Origin: Octopus sinensis
Lineage: Eukaryota
DNA length: 64,000 nt
Assembly: GCF_006345805.1 (NCBI RefSeq)
Contig: NC_043011.1
Span: 12,598,464-12,662,463, forward strand
Direction of reading: 5' to 3'
Part shown: positions 1 through 14,095 of the stretch, one piece after another
Position numbering within the stretch: position 1 is the first letter of the stretch
Layout of the letters: every line of letters starts with the position of its first letter
Notes under the pieces: model-generated
What the model saw: the letters and a program-made list of their open reading frames with translations, nothing else
Databases searched by the model: none
What the model was told of the DNA's origin: nothing
Program-made: the position numbers and the translations under genes

Positions 1-304
1 ATCCTGCCTGATTAGTAGCACAAAGCTTCATTGTCTCTTGACAAATGGATGAGTAAATGTTAGAGTGAGAGAGAGAGAGACAGACAGAGGGAGAGAGAGA
101 GAGGGATTTTGAACAGGTTACATTTACATAATTCAAGAGAATGACAATCTCATGCACAGACAAGATAAACAAACAAGTAAAAGGTTGACTTTATGGCTAT
201 TTGCTTTGTTACTAGAAAATGACATTTTCTGATGAACAGTAGGGTACTGTATCTGGTGTTCAAAATGACAGTAGGTTCTGTGTAAAAATTGATATAACAT
301 TAAT

Positions 305-957
305 ATGATGATGATTATGATGATGATCATCATCATCGTTTAACGTCCGTTTTCCATGCTAGCATGGGTTGGACGGTTTGACTGGGGTCTGGGATGCCAG
401 GATGCTGCACCAGGCTCCAATCTGATCTGGCAATGTTTCTACAGCTGGATGCCCTTCCTAATGCCAATCACTTCGTGAGTGTAGTGGGTGCTTTTTGCGT
501 GCCACTGGCACAAGGGCCAGAGGAGGCTGGAAATGGCCATGATCAGTTGGTGCTTTTTACGTGTCACCGGCATGAATGCCAGTCAAGGCGGCGCTGGCAT
601 CAGCCACGTTCAGATGGTGCTTTTTACATGCCACCGGTACAGGTATCACAACTACAATTTCCATTTGATTTTTATTTTGATCATGTACTTGACTCAATAG
701 GTTTCCTCAAGCACAGCAGGTCACCCTACGATCCAAGGTTAGCACAGCAGGCCATCCTGCGAGCCATGAACTCACTACATTTGTCGGGTCTTCGCAGTCA
801 CAGCATATCTCCAGAGGTCTCGGTCTTTCGTCATTGCCTCTGTGAGGCCCAATGTTCAAAGGTCGTGCTTGACCACCCCATCCCATGTCTTCCTGGGTCT
901 ACCTCTACCCTGGATTCCTTCAGTTTGGGAGTGGCACTTCTTCACACATCTCTCAGA
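305..957 (-). mobile_element. 5'-truncated RTE-clade LINE (ORF C-terminus plus 3' UTR, family A)
   Basis: Minus strand of about 715-957 translates as ...GRGRPRKTWDGVVKHDL...DRDLWRY, like 59791-60162. It is followed by the family A 3' UTR and a (GAT)n tail at 305-337. Confidence 0.85.
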
Positions 958-2109
958 AGTTTATATATTCAAGAGGAAAGAAAACAAACAAAAAGTGATA
1001 TAATAAGTACTGGGCTTTTAAAAACTGAGTACTAGGATCAATTCATTGAGCTAAAATTCTTCAAGTTAGTGCCCATCATGGTTGCAGTCTAATGATTGAA
1101 ACAAGTAAAAGATTAAAAGATAGATTTGGTAAGTGAAGTTTTGTATTGCAGCCTTATATTAAATCTGAAACAAAGCATTCCAATTTGAATATGAAACCTT
1201 TTGAGTGATTACACATATCTTGTCTGGGGGTAGACTTAGCATGAATGAAGATTTCCCTAAGAGGCGGAATCAAAGCTCTGCACACATGTGTGGCTTTCAT
1301 ACTAAAGAAATAATGGCAATAACACTTTCTATTCACATGATTATTGAAATTAATGAGATTTAGTTGCCAAAACAAAATATTTTCCAGAATTGAAATATGT
1401 ACTTTTTACCAAATTTATTAAAACTATTATGGATTTGCAAAATGCCTTACAAAGATTTCTCAGAAAATAATTTAATCCATTGAGCTTAAGGAGACAGAAT
1501 CTACCCACCTTTGACCCCTTTGAAATAATCTAGAAACTATCAGGCCTTTCTTAAAGAGCCCTTAAATTTATGATTCAAAATGAAGTGGAAATAGGTAAAA
1601 TTGGGTAGTAATGGTTAATATAATCAATATTAAGTTTAAACTGTTGAAGGTTATTCATTTGAAAAGAAAACATAGATGGAAAGTAAGTAAAAAAGGGGGC
1701 TGTTCTGACGATTAAGCCAAATACACAAAATCGAATCTGGAGAATGATATACAGTGAAGAATGTCAAGTAAGACAAGTCTGTTTAGGTAGAGTTGGTATA
1801 TGACCAACAAGTTCAGAGAAACAGAGGTGGGGAGATTGTAAGTTAAGGTACAAGACATAAAGTGAGGACACAGCTGAGTGACAGCTAAATGATTGAAGAG
1901 TGTTGGTGAATAAAGATTTGTTATTGTTTACCTTCATGTCAGTCCCAATGAAACAGATGTATGTTAAAAGGCATTCCAGCTGTGACCAACCTGTCTTTTT
2001 TTTATCACTAGGATTACATTGTCATACTCTTTTTAAGATGGAATTTATGTGTTATTTCTGGTGATCAAGTGGCTACATGAGGCTATTTATTCCAAACTTT
2101 GTGTAGTGC

Positions 2110-2640
2110 CATCATCATCATCATCATCATTGTTTAACGTCAGCTTTCCATGCTAGCATGGGTTGGACGATTTTGACTGAGGGCTGGCAAACCAGATGGC
2201 TGCACCAAGCTCCAGTCTTGATCTGGCAGAGTTTCTACAGCTGGATGCCTTTCCTAACGCCAACCACTCCGAGAGTGTAGTGGGTGCTTTTTACGTGCTA
2301 CCGGCATGGGGGCCAGTCAGGCGGTACTGGCAATGATCTCGCTCGAATCTTTTTACGCGTGCCACCGGCACAGGTGCCAGTGAAGCAACGTTGGTAATGG
2401 TCATGCTCGAATGGTGCCCTTTTACGTGCCATGGGTATGGAAGCCAGTTGGCTGCTCTGGCAACGATCATGCTCAGATGGTGCTCTTGGCACCCAACTAG
2501 CACAGGCATAAGTGCCAGTAAGGCGACGCTGGTAACGATCATACTTGAATAGCCACTCTGTCAACAATCACACTCGTATGGGGCTCATTGCACCCCGCTA
2601 GCACGGATGCCAGTCATCGAAATGATTTTGATTTTGATTG
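2110..2640 (-). mobile_element. Family A (RTE 3' UTR-derived) repeat
   Basis: (CAT)n tail, then the shared block gtttaacgtc...ccatgctagcatgggttggacg...ctggatgcc and repeated gtgcc-NNN-ggcac modules. Confidence 0.85.
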
Positions 2641-3454
2641 CTATATAAGATTATATATTTTTGAGCATATAGCAATGATTTAGCAAAGGGAATGCATGCA
2701 TGTGTATAAAACTAGAATGATATTAAGAAGGTACCATAATGTTGATAGAAGGATAGAGTATTTGTTAAATACATGGTTTCATTGAAATGATATAATTATC
2801 TATTAAGTGCATGGGTGTGCTTAATTATAGGTAAGGACTCAACAATGAATCAGAATTGTTATTGTTTGTGCATTGTACACAATACTTTAGAATATATTTC
2901 TAGAGTTTATATTTTGTTTCTGACAATGTTCATTGTAGATATAACAACAGCATCTATCAGCGGGTCTTCATGAACAATTTCTGTAGGTATGACAGAGATG
3001 TATGTTATGAATATAAATTGGCCGTTGAATATACAGAGTAGAAATAACTGCTTAAAATTAAACGGATGCTGCTTATTATCCCACAACTTATCATTCTGCA
3101 CACAGATGCATTTCGGAACACTACAGATGATAAAATGCATTGTCAAGGAGAAAGCGAAAAAACTTCTATTGGTGTCCAAGAATGCAGCCAACAAAAGCAG
3201 TCACGTCTGTAGAATGAGTGGCATTGGTAGCCTACTGATATCAGTTATTTCTAACAATTAAGTGGCATAGGTAATAAATGTGAAACTCGTTATGAAGAGA
3301 GTTGCTAGAATATTTACTAATGTGAGATTACTGACTTTTAATTCAAAGATCATTTCCTATTGTTTCTCATGAACTGAAGGATATGCATTACATTGCAAGA
3401 TTTGTAATGAATGCACACAAATATGAAAATAGTTTTTTTTTTTATTTTTCTTAG

Positions 3455-3460
<6 letters not shown>

Positions 3461-3499
<39 letters not shown>

Positions 3500-3552
3500 T
3501 ATTATTGTTATACATACATACATACATAATAATAATAATAATGATAATGATG

Positions 3553-3606
<54 letters not shown>
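3461..3606. repeat. Opposed (ATT)n and (AAT)n microsatellites
   Basis: (ATT)n at about 3461-3508 and (AAT)n at about 3526-3606, separated by (TACA)n. Confidence 0.9.
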
Positions 3607-3607
<1 letters not shown>

Positions 3608-4205
3608 TAAGTGGGTGTAAACACGTGAACAAAATAAGAATAAACAAAAACAAAAACAAATTACACGAATGTATATAAACAGGAGATACAAATATTACAG
3701 GCATCCCCCCCACACACACACATATACACACTAACTAAACATAGATGCACATAGAGATATGCGCATATGCAAATGAAGACACATACAATAGAAATACAAA
3801 ATGGCTGATGGTTAGTAAGGAGAGACACACAAATAAGAAAGAAGAAAGCAAAGGACCACTGATGTGGTCACTGGAGTGTGACGAAAGAACTCTGGCCGAA
3901 ATAAGATTAAGGTTAATGTAAAAAAAAATAACGCTGAAGCAAAGTAACACCAAATATATAGTGTGTGTGTTTTATTGGCTAAACTGGCAAAATGACCATT
4001 CCTAAATACAACAATAGTTTTAAAAAAATAAAAGACTGAGAAAAACAATCAAGCAGACAACGTATGAGAGAGGAAACATCTAAGTAAAAATATTTTTACT
4101 AATTGTAGTTTAATAAATATTTTTACTAACTGTAGTTTAATAAAATCTAATTCAACTTAGATAAACTGGTCTTATCAACTTGATATGTGACAGAGACACC
4201 TCTGT

Positions 4206-4508
4206 GGAGGCACATGACCTAGTGGTTAGAGCAGCGGACTCGTGGTCGAGGGATCGCGGGTTCGAATCTCGGACCGGGCGATGTGTGTGTGTTTATGAGT
4301 GAAACACCTAAGCTCCATGTGGCTCCTGCAGAAGGTAATGGCGAAACTTCTGCTGACTCTTTCGCCACAACTTTCTCTCACTCTTTCCTCCTGCATCTTG
4401 CAGCTCACCTGCGACGGACTGGCGTCTAGTCCAGGTGGGGAACCTATATGCCAAAGAAACCGGGAAACTGGTCCTTATGAGCCAGGCATGGCTCGAGAAG
4501 GAATAAGA
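4206..4508 (+). mobile_element. tRNA-derived SINE family D, tail type i
   Basis: A-box-like tgacctagtgg and B-box ggttcgaatctc. Closely matches 19580-19889 along its length. Confidence 0.85.
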
Positions 4509-5261
4509 GACACCTCTATATAGAATCATGGATATTAAAAGGATTTCAGAATGTAAAGAGTTCAATGATTGTATCACCTTTGACCACATGTAGGCCCTGT
4601 ATTGCATTGCTTTTAGGAGTCAGTCCATTAAAAGTAATTGCAAGAAAACCAGGAACCTTTATGTAGCCTCTAGAAATAGAAGCCAATTCTCCCTTAAAGC
4701 CCTCCCTACCATCTTAAAAAAATTAAAAAAACACACTCAAAAATGTAACCCTAGATAGATAGTAATTAAAATAAAATTGGAATAGTCATGGCTGGAATGC
4801 CTTTTATCTTAAGTCTGCTGGATCAAAGCCAACTAATACAAGCATTTCTCTCTTTTTTGTTTTTTTATTTATATATCATTAGTGTTGTAATGAAGGTACC
4901 CATTATTTTCTTTCAGATTATTTCTACTTCAGAGCTAAAAATAATAGATGCTCTGTGTAGACTCTAATTAATACAGAATTACCAACTTCCCTGTAAGAAT
5001 CTTACAAACTCTATGAGCAGCATCCAGTATTAGAATATTGAAAGGATTTTGTATTGTCTTTAATAGCATAAGTTACTTTATGATTTACAGCATAAAACAT
5101 AAGAGAGCTTTGTGTATTATACAGGAAGGATGTATCTCTGTTTTTTTATCTTGTATTTTTACAAGATTTTCTATGGTTGCTAATGCTTATTTCAAAATGT
5201 TTAATAATACTTCTTTCTTTCAATTTCTGATTTAGTAGACAGAAACTGAAAGAAGCTCATC

Positions 5262-5311
<50 letters not shown>

Positions 5312-5739
5312 GCATCCTTCAAAACTTCCATACTTCCTGAGATTCGCCAACACAAACTACACCTGATTTTCCCCCCTCCATACACACGCAAGCATGTATC
5401 TGACTCATACACTGTTTGCTTTCCAGACGTTTGTACATTACTGCATATGCTTTATACGCGCTTTTGACAAGTTGTGGTGCACCTGAGCACTGTATACAAT
5501 AATTTCATTATTACATATGTATATGAAAGTTTGAAGTATGTAATAGAAGAAGCCCAAGAATAAAAACATTATCCTTGCAACATACTTAATGTATATGTGT
5601 TGTTTTAAAAAACCAGAAACTGCAGGGGAAAATCCCTTTAAAAACATATAACATTAAAAAATACACTATATTCCAGAGCTATATAGTAGGCATAGCTTAG
5701 AGGCACTGGCATGGCTTATAGGCCCTGGTGTGGCTATAG

Positions 5740-6080
5740 GCATATGCAAAGCTGTGTGGTAAGAAGCTTGGTTCCAGGTTCAATCCCACAGCATAGCACC
5801 TAGGGCAAGTGTCTTCTACTGTACTCTCAGATTGACCAAAGACTTGTGAGTGGATTTGTTAGGTGGAAACCGCGTGTGTCCATGTCTTTATGTCTGTGTT
5901 TGTCCCCACTCACTGCTTGACAACTGGTGTTGGTGTGTTATGTCCCTGTGACTCAGCAGTTCAGCAAAAACAACTGATTGAATAAGTACTAGGTTAAAAA
6001 AAAAACCTGTTGTCAATTTGTTCACCTAAAATACCCTTCAAGGCAGTGCCCTAGCATGGCCACAGTCAGATGACTGAAAC
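5740..6080 (+). mobile_element. Degenerate SINE family B
   Basis: Diverged match to the family B head (gctgtgtggtaagaagcttg...gggcaagtgtcttctact) and tail (cagcatggccacagtc...gactgaaac). Confidence 0.75.
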
Positions 6081-8489
6081 AACACACACACACACACAAT
6101 ATGTATGTATGGATGGATATATGTGTATGCGTGAATCTGAGTTATGTGTTTGTGCCTCCTCGTCTTGACATCGTGTGATCATTGTAAACAAGTGTTACCA
6201 TAGGACAATCAATGTCATTCCTATCTAATCAGTAGAAATAAGTGGAAGCAAGTGAGGGTTGGCAACAGGAAAGGCATCCGGCTGTGGAAAACTGAATGCT
6301 AAAATGCTGCTGATGGTGTGATGGTGGTGGTGGTGGTGGTGGTGGTGGTGGTGAAAGTGTCCAGTTTTCAGTCTGCAAAGCTATTTATTATTAAGGACTA
6401 TTTATCTAATTTTATTTACTCCAGTGTTTGAAAAGAATATTATCAATGTCTTTTAATATCTAAAGTTCTAGAGTAGCAGCCAGCGATAATTGTCTTATTT
6501 TCCTTCACATTATGGCTTAGCTTGGTTATAGAATTATTGAATGAGACATTGGGTTAAACAATACTTTAAATGTGTAAAGATATGCAAACCATCCTTATCA
6601 AGACAGCTTGGGTTCATCTATTATGGATGAATGAAATTATGACAATTCATGTTAAACATTTGTACACTACAATACTTCTTTCTCATTGAAAGTCTAGTTA
6701 CTTTCAATTTGTCTGCTACATTCTATAATCAGATCTTTGTAGTAGTTAAGAAAGTCTGACTTCTTATTTTGATGTAATCTATCAATTAACAGATAGCAGT
6801 GATAGCATTATATCAAAGATCTAAAGGTGAAAAAATACTAAGAGTCTGCTGACAACAGACTCCGAAGTCTTTTTATAATAATGTGTTTCGTGATTATAAA
6901 GCATGTTTTGCTGTAACAGAATAACGTGTCATGGTGGTATTTTGGCAGAAATATAAGCTGTTGAAGGAATATAAGATATAGTCTAGCTATACTATAGGTT
7001 AGAGAATATTAAATGGTGTATAGCTTGACTAAACATTCAACTATTTCTTTTCATAATCTGTTTGATCAAATTTAAATTGAGATGTAATTTTAATCTGAAA
7101 AACTACAATTTTTAACACAAATACAAGGCTTGCAAGTTTGGGAAAAGTGTATTGTTCAATTAAAATCAACCTAAATCCTAATTGGTCCTTGTTTTACCAA
7201 TGTCAGAAAGATGAAAAGCAAAGCCAACTCCAGCAGAATTTTAAATTAGGACATAAAGTAAATACTGCTGAGCATTTTACTAGTTGCTCTACTATTCTGC
7301 TACCAAAGTACCTCTCTGAGACTGAAATATAACAAATATGTAGTAATTTATAAAGTATAGAATTCCTACAATACACTTATTTAAGTATTCAGGAAAACTA
7401 GTTTCCTGAATAAAATTATGAAGCTGACAGTCAAACAGTTATTAATTGAACTTTAATAAATTATTCTATGAAAAAAAAAAGAAAGAAATATATATTAACA
7501 ATTATAAACAAAAAGTTTTTATACATGTTTATATTTGTAAGTGATGTGGATTTTGTGTAAATTCAAATAGCTTATCTAACAATAAAAAAGCTGATGTGAT
7601 GATGGTGTATATCATATTTGCTGTGAAATGCAGTTTTTACACATTAAATTTTCAAGTATAAGCATACCTTTTCCTAAATGAATACATAAAAAATGTTGAA
7701 TGTGAAATAATAGATTAGAAATGTGGGCCAGACCTCAGAACTTTATCGAATATAACCTGTTGTTTTAAACACTAAATAGTAGTAAACAAAAGAAGCAAAT
7801 TATTTACTTGGACATAAGGAATAAATGATAATTTTCAACACCTTATTCATTAAAGCAAAATTATTATAATTTATGTCGTAAGTACCTTGGTAAATCTGGT
7901 ACTGGCAAAAAAATACTGTGGTGTCCCTGTTCATTGGTGCCCTGAGCACAAAAAGGGTTTTATTTAACAGTTAATCCATCTCTGCATACAACAAAGTGTG
8001 TCTGCATGCACACAGTAATGAAAAATAGATGAATAAATTGACCCAATGTCAGTTTTCAAACTTCAATTTTATGTAGACTTCAATCCTGTCTCAGTATCTT
8101 GAGTGATTTATGGCAGCATCTATATTTGGTTCAAATTCTATAAGCCACCCCACTGTCTTTATTTCTCTAGATGTTTGTATAAAGTAAGCTTATATTTAAT
8201 CATTTAATCTTGTTCTAAAGTAACTTTGAGGCTCAAACCTTGTGAAAGAATATGCATAGCATCATAATTCCATTGGGTTTCATCCAGTTCCAGAGTAGGC
8301 TAATCCATATGCATTTCAGACAGATTGTATCCGGTCTATATGGATATTTTAAAATTATTCAAGCATTAGTGTACATTTGACACTAAATAAATTACAGAAA
8401 TCTTATAAGAGACATAAAAGAGAAATTGGATTAATGATGGTTAAGTCTGTTAGGATTATCATTTTATCTTGACGTTCATTTATTTACAT

Positions 8490-8665
8490 CACTGGATGAA
8501 TGAATGGCTTGTGAAGGCTGTACAGGTTATGTACAAAGGTGAAGATGGTATTTCCAAAACAAGGGTATAGTCGGTAAGGTAAGAAGAAGTTGGAAAATGT
8601 TCAGGGAGCTATTACCACTGCAGGCAACACAGGCTTTCTTCCTCAAAGTGAAGGGCAAATTGAAT
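8490..8665 (+). mobile_element. Internally deleted RTE RT fragment
   Basis: Translates to pieces like DEWLVKAVQVMYK and KVRRSWKMFRELLPL..KVKGKL, typical of RTE reverse transcriptase. Confidence 0.55.
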
Positions 8666-10824
8666 GACATTTTGCAAAAGACCAGTTCCTACATAGATGA
8701 CATCCTAATGGACAAGACCATAGTGCCTGCCGCAGAGGTTGTGAGACATCTGAATTCGGGCTGATTGCAAAGCCACTGGAGCCAATGGTTGGAGGAGCTG
8801 CACTGGGGCTTAAGCTTCAGAGAGACAGAACAGGCGAGTTGGTGTTTCATAGGGGGAATGAGATCCTGGAGCTGGGTACCAATGTCAGCAGGAGAGAACT
8901 GTTTTCAATGTGCAGGAAGTTCGTAAGTTACTACCCGATCGCGGGGTGGTTGTGTACAGCATGAAGTTATACCAAGCGACAAGCAGAAGGGGAGAAATGA
9001 AGTGACAAGGTGGGAGAAGGGACGGTGGCAATGATGCAGGAAATGCTGGAGAGGAAGACCCAGTCAGAGGGAACTGGCATGTGCCCAAATCAGATTGTGG
9101 GACCATATGGTGTGATACTAGCAGCATTGCAATAGGGGTTGTGTTGGAAATTGAAGGTACCAAAGTAGAGGATGCCGCTTGGCTTCAAAAAGCAGACGAC
9201 AACAACCACATCAATGTCACTGAGTTGGTGCTGAAGGAAATGAATTTGGCCTTGAAATGGGAGCTGCACTCCATCGAAATCTGGATGGATTCAGCTACCA
9301 TGCTTGGCTGGGTAGGATCAGTGATCACTGATGAAGAGGGTGTGAATCAAAAGGGCTGCAGAAATGCTAGCGAAGTACCACCTAGGGATTCTACGGGAGC
9401 TGATTGGCAAGTTCAGCCTGAAGATAAATGTAGTCTTTGTGCCTTCAGAGAGAAACAAGGAAGATGCTCTAACCAGGGTAAAAAAGGCCTGGTTAGGGGA
9501 GCCGGAAGAATCGAAGCAAGGGGTAGCCACGGTGTTAAATGACTCCGAGCTAAGGAGACAGCTGGCTATGCATCATATGGTAGTGGATAGGACCCTGTAT
9601 CTCGCCAGGAGGATTGATGCTTACATTACTAGACAGAGCATCCAAAAGGTGGTCAGGAACTGTGACAGGTGTCAATCCATCGACCCTGCCCTGGGTGTGT
9701 ATGAGCAGGGAAACATTTCAGTAGAGCACAACTGGAGATGACTAGCAGTGGATGTAACACACTACTGGCAGAGAACATATCTTTCAATGGTCAATTGTGG
9801 GCCAGGCTGGATGGCCATTTGGGGGGAATTGAGGACAAGCACTGTGGACGAGATGGCACGTATTCTAAATGAGGTTTTCTTAGAGCAAGGCCCTGTGGAT
9901 GAATTGTTGATGGACAACAGCACAGCATTTCATTTGGAGGCACTGAAGGAGATACTTGACAGGTGGAAAGTGCACCGCTTTTTCAGAGTAGCATACAGGC
10001 CAAGTAGAAATGGGATCATGGAGAGACATCATAGAACAGTCAAGGCCATGGTGGAGAGGGGACATGTCTCACAGCTGGAAGCGGTTTTCTGGTACAACAT
10101 GTTCCCCCAATCAGAACAGGCCAAAGAGTCCGTGCCACATAGAGTGATATTCAAATATGAACGGCAGCATCTGAGTAAACCACTGAAATACTCTGTAGAA
10201 GAGTGAGGTGGGAGATGAAGTCTGAGTCAAGCCACCAGAGGTATGCTGAACAACTCAGTGGAACAGAGGAATAGTGATGGCAGTCAATTCCAAAAGCAAC
10301 ATCTGTGTGGATTGAATTGCTGCATCATATCTTGGATGTTCATAGGATTGTCGCTTCATTGGCTGATTATTGTGGAGAAGAAGAAGAGAATGAGGTTCCC
10401 AGTTTAAGAAGATCACAACGTGCAAGGTGCCCACTCAAGTGGGTGGTAGATTTCAAGTGAGGAGGTGATCTTTGAGATCAGTAGGGCATGTGGGGATGAG
10501 CCAGAAGAAGAGGTCCATGATATCAATGGTCAAGGGACTGACCAGAAGGGGAAGTGTGAGAGGGGAAGTGTGGGGGAGACAGGACAGGGGTTGGCCTCTT
10601 TTCACCAGCTGAAGCATCGTGAATGGACGTCAGGGAATTCGCTCCTGGGTTGGTTAGATAGCAGCTGCGTATACTGGGTGACAGAGTAGGGCAGGATTAC
10701 TGGAGAGACTACTACTAGACAGGTGCAGATAAGAGAGGAAGGTAGGTGTACCTCTTTTCATTTCCCATGCTTGACAAAGATGTAACTATGTTTTTATAGA
10801 AACTGAATATGATCCAGATTTACA
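8666..10824 (+). mobile_element. Ty3/Gypsy-like LTR retrotransposon remnant (RT, RNase H, integrase, probable 3' LTR)
   Basis: RT YIDD at 8690-8701. RNase H WCDTSS...DSAT (9081-9542). HHCC-type zinc finger HHM...CDRCQ (9364-9741). Integrase MDVTH...DNSTAF...NGIMER (9748-10206). Purine tract at 10455-10468, then an LTR-like segment ending in TACA at 10824. Several frameshifts. Confidence 0.85.
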
Positions 10825-11326
10825 TGCTCTCACCATGGAGTTTAACCCCAATATTGTTTTAGAGCAAATTTTATTGTACATTCTTATATAAAATTAATCT
10901 AACTTGATTGCATTATAGGTTATTGCAAAGTTATTGTGTATTACATATTTAATTTAGTAATTGAATTATGGCAAAATAATTTGAAAACTTCTCAAATAAA
11001 AATTATATTTCAATATTCTTCACTTCAAGGTAAATGTTAATAAATTATATTTTCAAGTTTTTATTATAATTGATTATTTTCAGTTATAACCAGCCTTGGT
11101 ATGTTTTCTAATGAGAAACAAAATGAATCTTACATAACTGAAAAACTAATTATAGAGATTATTGCTTCTTTACAACCATTAATATTATCTTACTTAAAAC
11201 TTGTTGTGGTAAACTTTGCCTTTAATCTTTCTAGAGTTGATAAAATAAAGCACTGGCATTGATTTGGTTGACTATCCTTCTAAAAAACATTGTGGCCTTG
11301 TGCCAATGTTTTTCATTAAAGTGATA

Positions 11327-11491
11327 GGCATAGGAGTGGCTGTGTGTTAAGTAGCTTGTTTACCAACCACATGGTTCCGGGTTCAGTCCCACTGCGTGGC
11401 ACCTTGGGCAAGTGTCTTCTACTATAGCTTCGGGCCAACCAAAGCCTTGTGAGTGGCTTTGGTAGACGGAAATTGAAAGAAGCCTGTTGTA

Positions 11492-11569
<78 letters not shown>

Positions 11570-11840
11570 TGTTTGTGTGTGTGTTTGTGTTTGTGTGTGT
11601 GTGTGTGTGTGTGTGCGGATGTTTGTGAGTCTGTGTTTGTCCCCCCCAACATCACTTGACAACTGATGCTGGTGTGTTTACGTCACCGTAACTTAGCGGT
11701 TCGGCAAAAGAGAACGATAGAATAAGTACTAGGCTTACAAAGAAGTCCTGGGGTCGATTTGCTCGACTAAAGGCGGTGCTCCAGCATGGCCACAGTCAAA
11801 TGACTGAAACAAGTAAAAGAGTAAAAGAGAGTAAAGAGTA
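11327..11840 (+). mobile_element. SINE family B (tRNA head, CORE-like block, central TA/TG microsatellite, conserved tail)
   Basis: ggagtggctgtgtg A-box region, ggttcagtcc B box, ggcaccttgggcaagtgtc block, tail ending gactgaaacaagtaaaagag. Confidence 0.9.
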
Positions 11841-12839
11841 TATGATAAAAAACAAAATTTAGTTCCATTCTTCTATATTCTGAAATAATTTTCTGCTGAA
11901 GAGAATTTGTTTTTAATCCTTTCAGAGTTAATAGAAAAAAGTGTTCAATGGCTCAATCCAGTCAACTACACCCACCAAATACAATTGTGCCAATGTAAGA
12001 AATCAATACATTTCTCACTCAAAAACATTTAAGTGAAAATGATTCAGAGTGTCTATGATGTTGTGTGAATGAGAGAGGGACATGCTAACTTGTAGATAAA
12101 TTTTACTTAACTAGATAAACTAGAACCATTATTTTCATCAGGTAACCCAAGGTAAGAATTTTTAAGATTTTGCCTGCAAAGACAACACAATGTGTGATAT
12201 AAGAGTTCTAGCTAAATAATATTTATGTCAAACTCATGTGAGCTGCTTATATATCCGGTCATTTTGTAGTTAATCTATTGTGACAGGATTAAGTTCATAA
12301 TTTGTGATGTTGAAGATCAGACATCTAGATTGGTAAATGTAAAATCATTATCTTGAAATAATTGATTCATAAAAACAATATCAAAAACCTAAAATATCTA
12401 GAATAATAATGAACAGAAAATTTTGTAATTTACCAACAATTATTTTTCTTCTCTAATATAAATTATGATTATTAATGAGAGAATGTTATAACTATATTTA
12501 TAAGCAAATAACAAATGTAATCATTCATTTATTAAAATGATGCCACTCTGACATTTCTTTTCTCTTACAGATTATTATCAATCTATATCTGAAATACCAA
12601 TTAAACATTTAAAGACATCTCACACATCTCTTCTATCCTATCTTGATGGGTTCTCTCACACGTGGTCATTGAGAAACATTATATTTGTATAGAAATGATT
12701 ATATTTTAAAAAATGACAAAAAAAAATTTAGACTTGAAATATCAAATATTAATTTCAAAATTATTTTTCACTCCATCAGAAAATAAAGGATTGAACTAAA
12801 TAAAATACTTTAATTACATTAAAATGTGATAAGAATTAC

Positions 12840-13068
12840 CTTTTAGCCAAGTCTAGTTTTAGCTTCTGTGTCCTGCTTGAATGAAATACTACAGATCCTT
12901 TGGTTGAGTGGCCAGTCTGCATCTCAACGACTGAATTAGACAGAGAGCGGTGAACGTACATGACACCATGATTTGATATTGTAGAAAGATATTGTGCCAT
13001 TTTACTCCAAGACAGGTTATATACTTCAGATAATTCACCAGTTCGTTTCCGTAACAAATTATGTTGGT
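12840..13068 (-). CDS. Candidate internal coding exon of an unidentified host gene
   Basis: 229-nt open segment (QHNLLRKRTGELSEVY...KLKLDLAK) with higher GC than its flanks. Bounded by cacttttatAG (13070-13069) and AAG|GTAATT (12839). Not recognised as a transposon or as a known protein. A second minus frame is also open for about 59 codons. Confidence 0.4.
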
Positions 13069-14029
13069 CTATAAAAGTGTAGGATTCAAGTTATACTATT
13101 TTGGAGTTAGAAGTGACATTATTTCTGATTTTTAAAAAATATTTTTTTGGCAAATGAAATGATATTGAAATGTGTAAAATATTTTAACTTTTATATTCAA
13201 GTTATAATTATGCAATAACTGTAGCAATAGAGAAGTAAAGTAGTTTCCATATAATAATACGTGTTCCTATATGAATTGAATTTAATCTAATGTGGTAATA
13301 TCAGTGATAGTGCTGAGAAATTCAGACATTAAAAAGATATTAATGTAATTAAACCATAAATTTTAAGTAATATATTTTTGCAGAAATTTTTTTTTTTTAA
13401 ATCATCTATTTATTGTATTATTTTTAAAAGTTTTTGTTTGAAACCATTGTTATAACTTAAACTTTTTTCTTTTCATTTCAGCCTTTTCCAAAGTATTTGA
13501 TGTAAACATTTTTCACTGGAGTATTTTCAACTTTAATCCAAAGTGTATGTTATCTCACTAAGCTTTCAAATATGTTAAATATCATTTCCTACTTCAAGAA
13601 AAACTATCCAAGATGTAAATCAATTCTGTGATTACTTGTCAAGTAATTCTTGGCTCCTCTGTATCATCTTGTTAAATGTCATACACTGTAATTAGATTTA
13701 GGATAACCTTTTGTTTCGACATCTACTTGGAATGAAGAAAAGAATCGTTTTCTGTTCTTTTTTCTTTTCCTTATTATTTTGAATAGATGATATTTTTCAC
13801 CAGCAGCACTTGTAAACCAATCATCGACCCTTATTGTTTTGCAAATAGGCAGGAAGTAAACTTGTGATTTATATGTCAATACAATTAAGAAAAATTGTAA
13901 TCATTTTTGTTATTCTTTACGAAAAGTTATAACCAGAATATCTCACAGCCCTAAAGAAACGCTTGTACATTATACATATATATGTATATATAGGTGTGTA
14001 TGAATATGTATATATGTGTGCATATATAC

Positions 14030-14095
<66 letters not shown>

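Noticed and set aside
226-255. CTGATGA followed by an ACAGT/ACTGT hairpin
   Set aside because: No GAAA after the stem, so not a hammerhead.
394-1035. 213-aa plus-strand ORF
   Set aside because: Antisense reading of the RTE 3' end and family A UTR. Similar peptides recur wherever family A occurs.
3350-3731. Poly-Ile/Leu/Asn ORFs, and similar IY/CV/HT-rich ORFs throughout the track
   Set aside because: Translations of microsatellites with no coding evidence.
3880-3905. GTGACGA...CCGAAAT hammerhead-like spacing
   Set aside because: Core starts with G, stem II does not pair and there is no stem I. At most a decayed relic.
4206-4280. tRNA-like sequences (also at the heads of families B, C and D)
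   Set aside because: A and B boxes are present but there is no full cloverleaf, and each continues into a SINE body. These are not tRNA genes.
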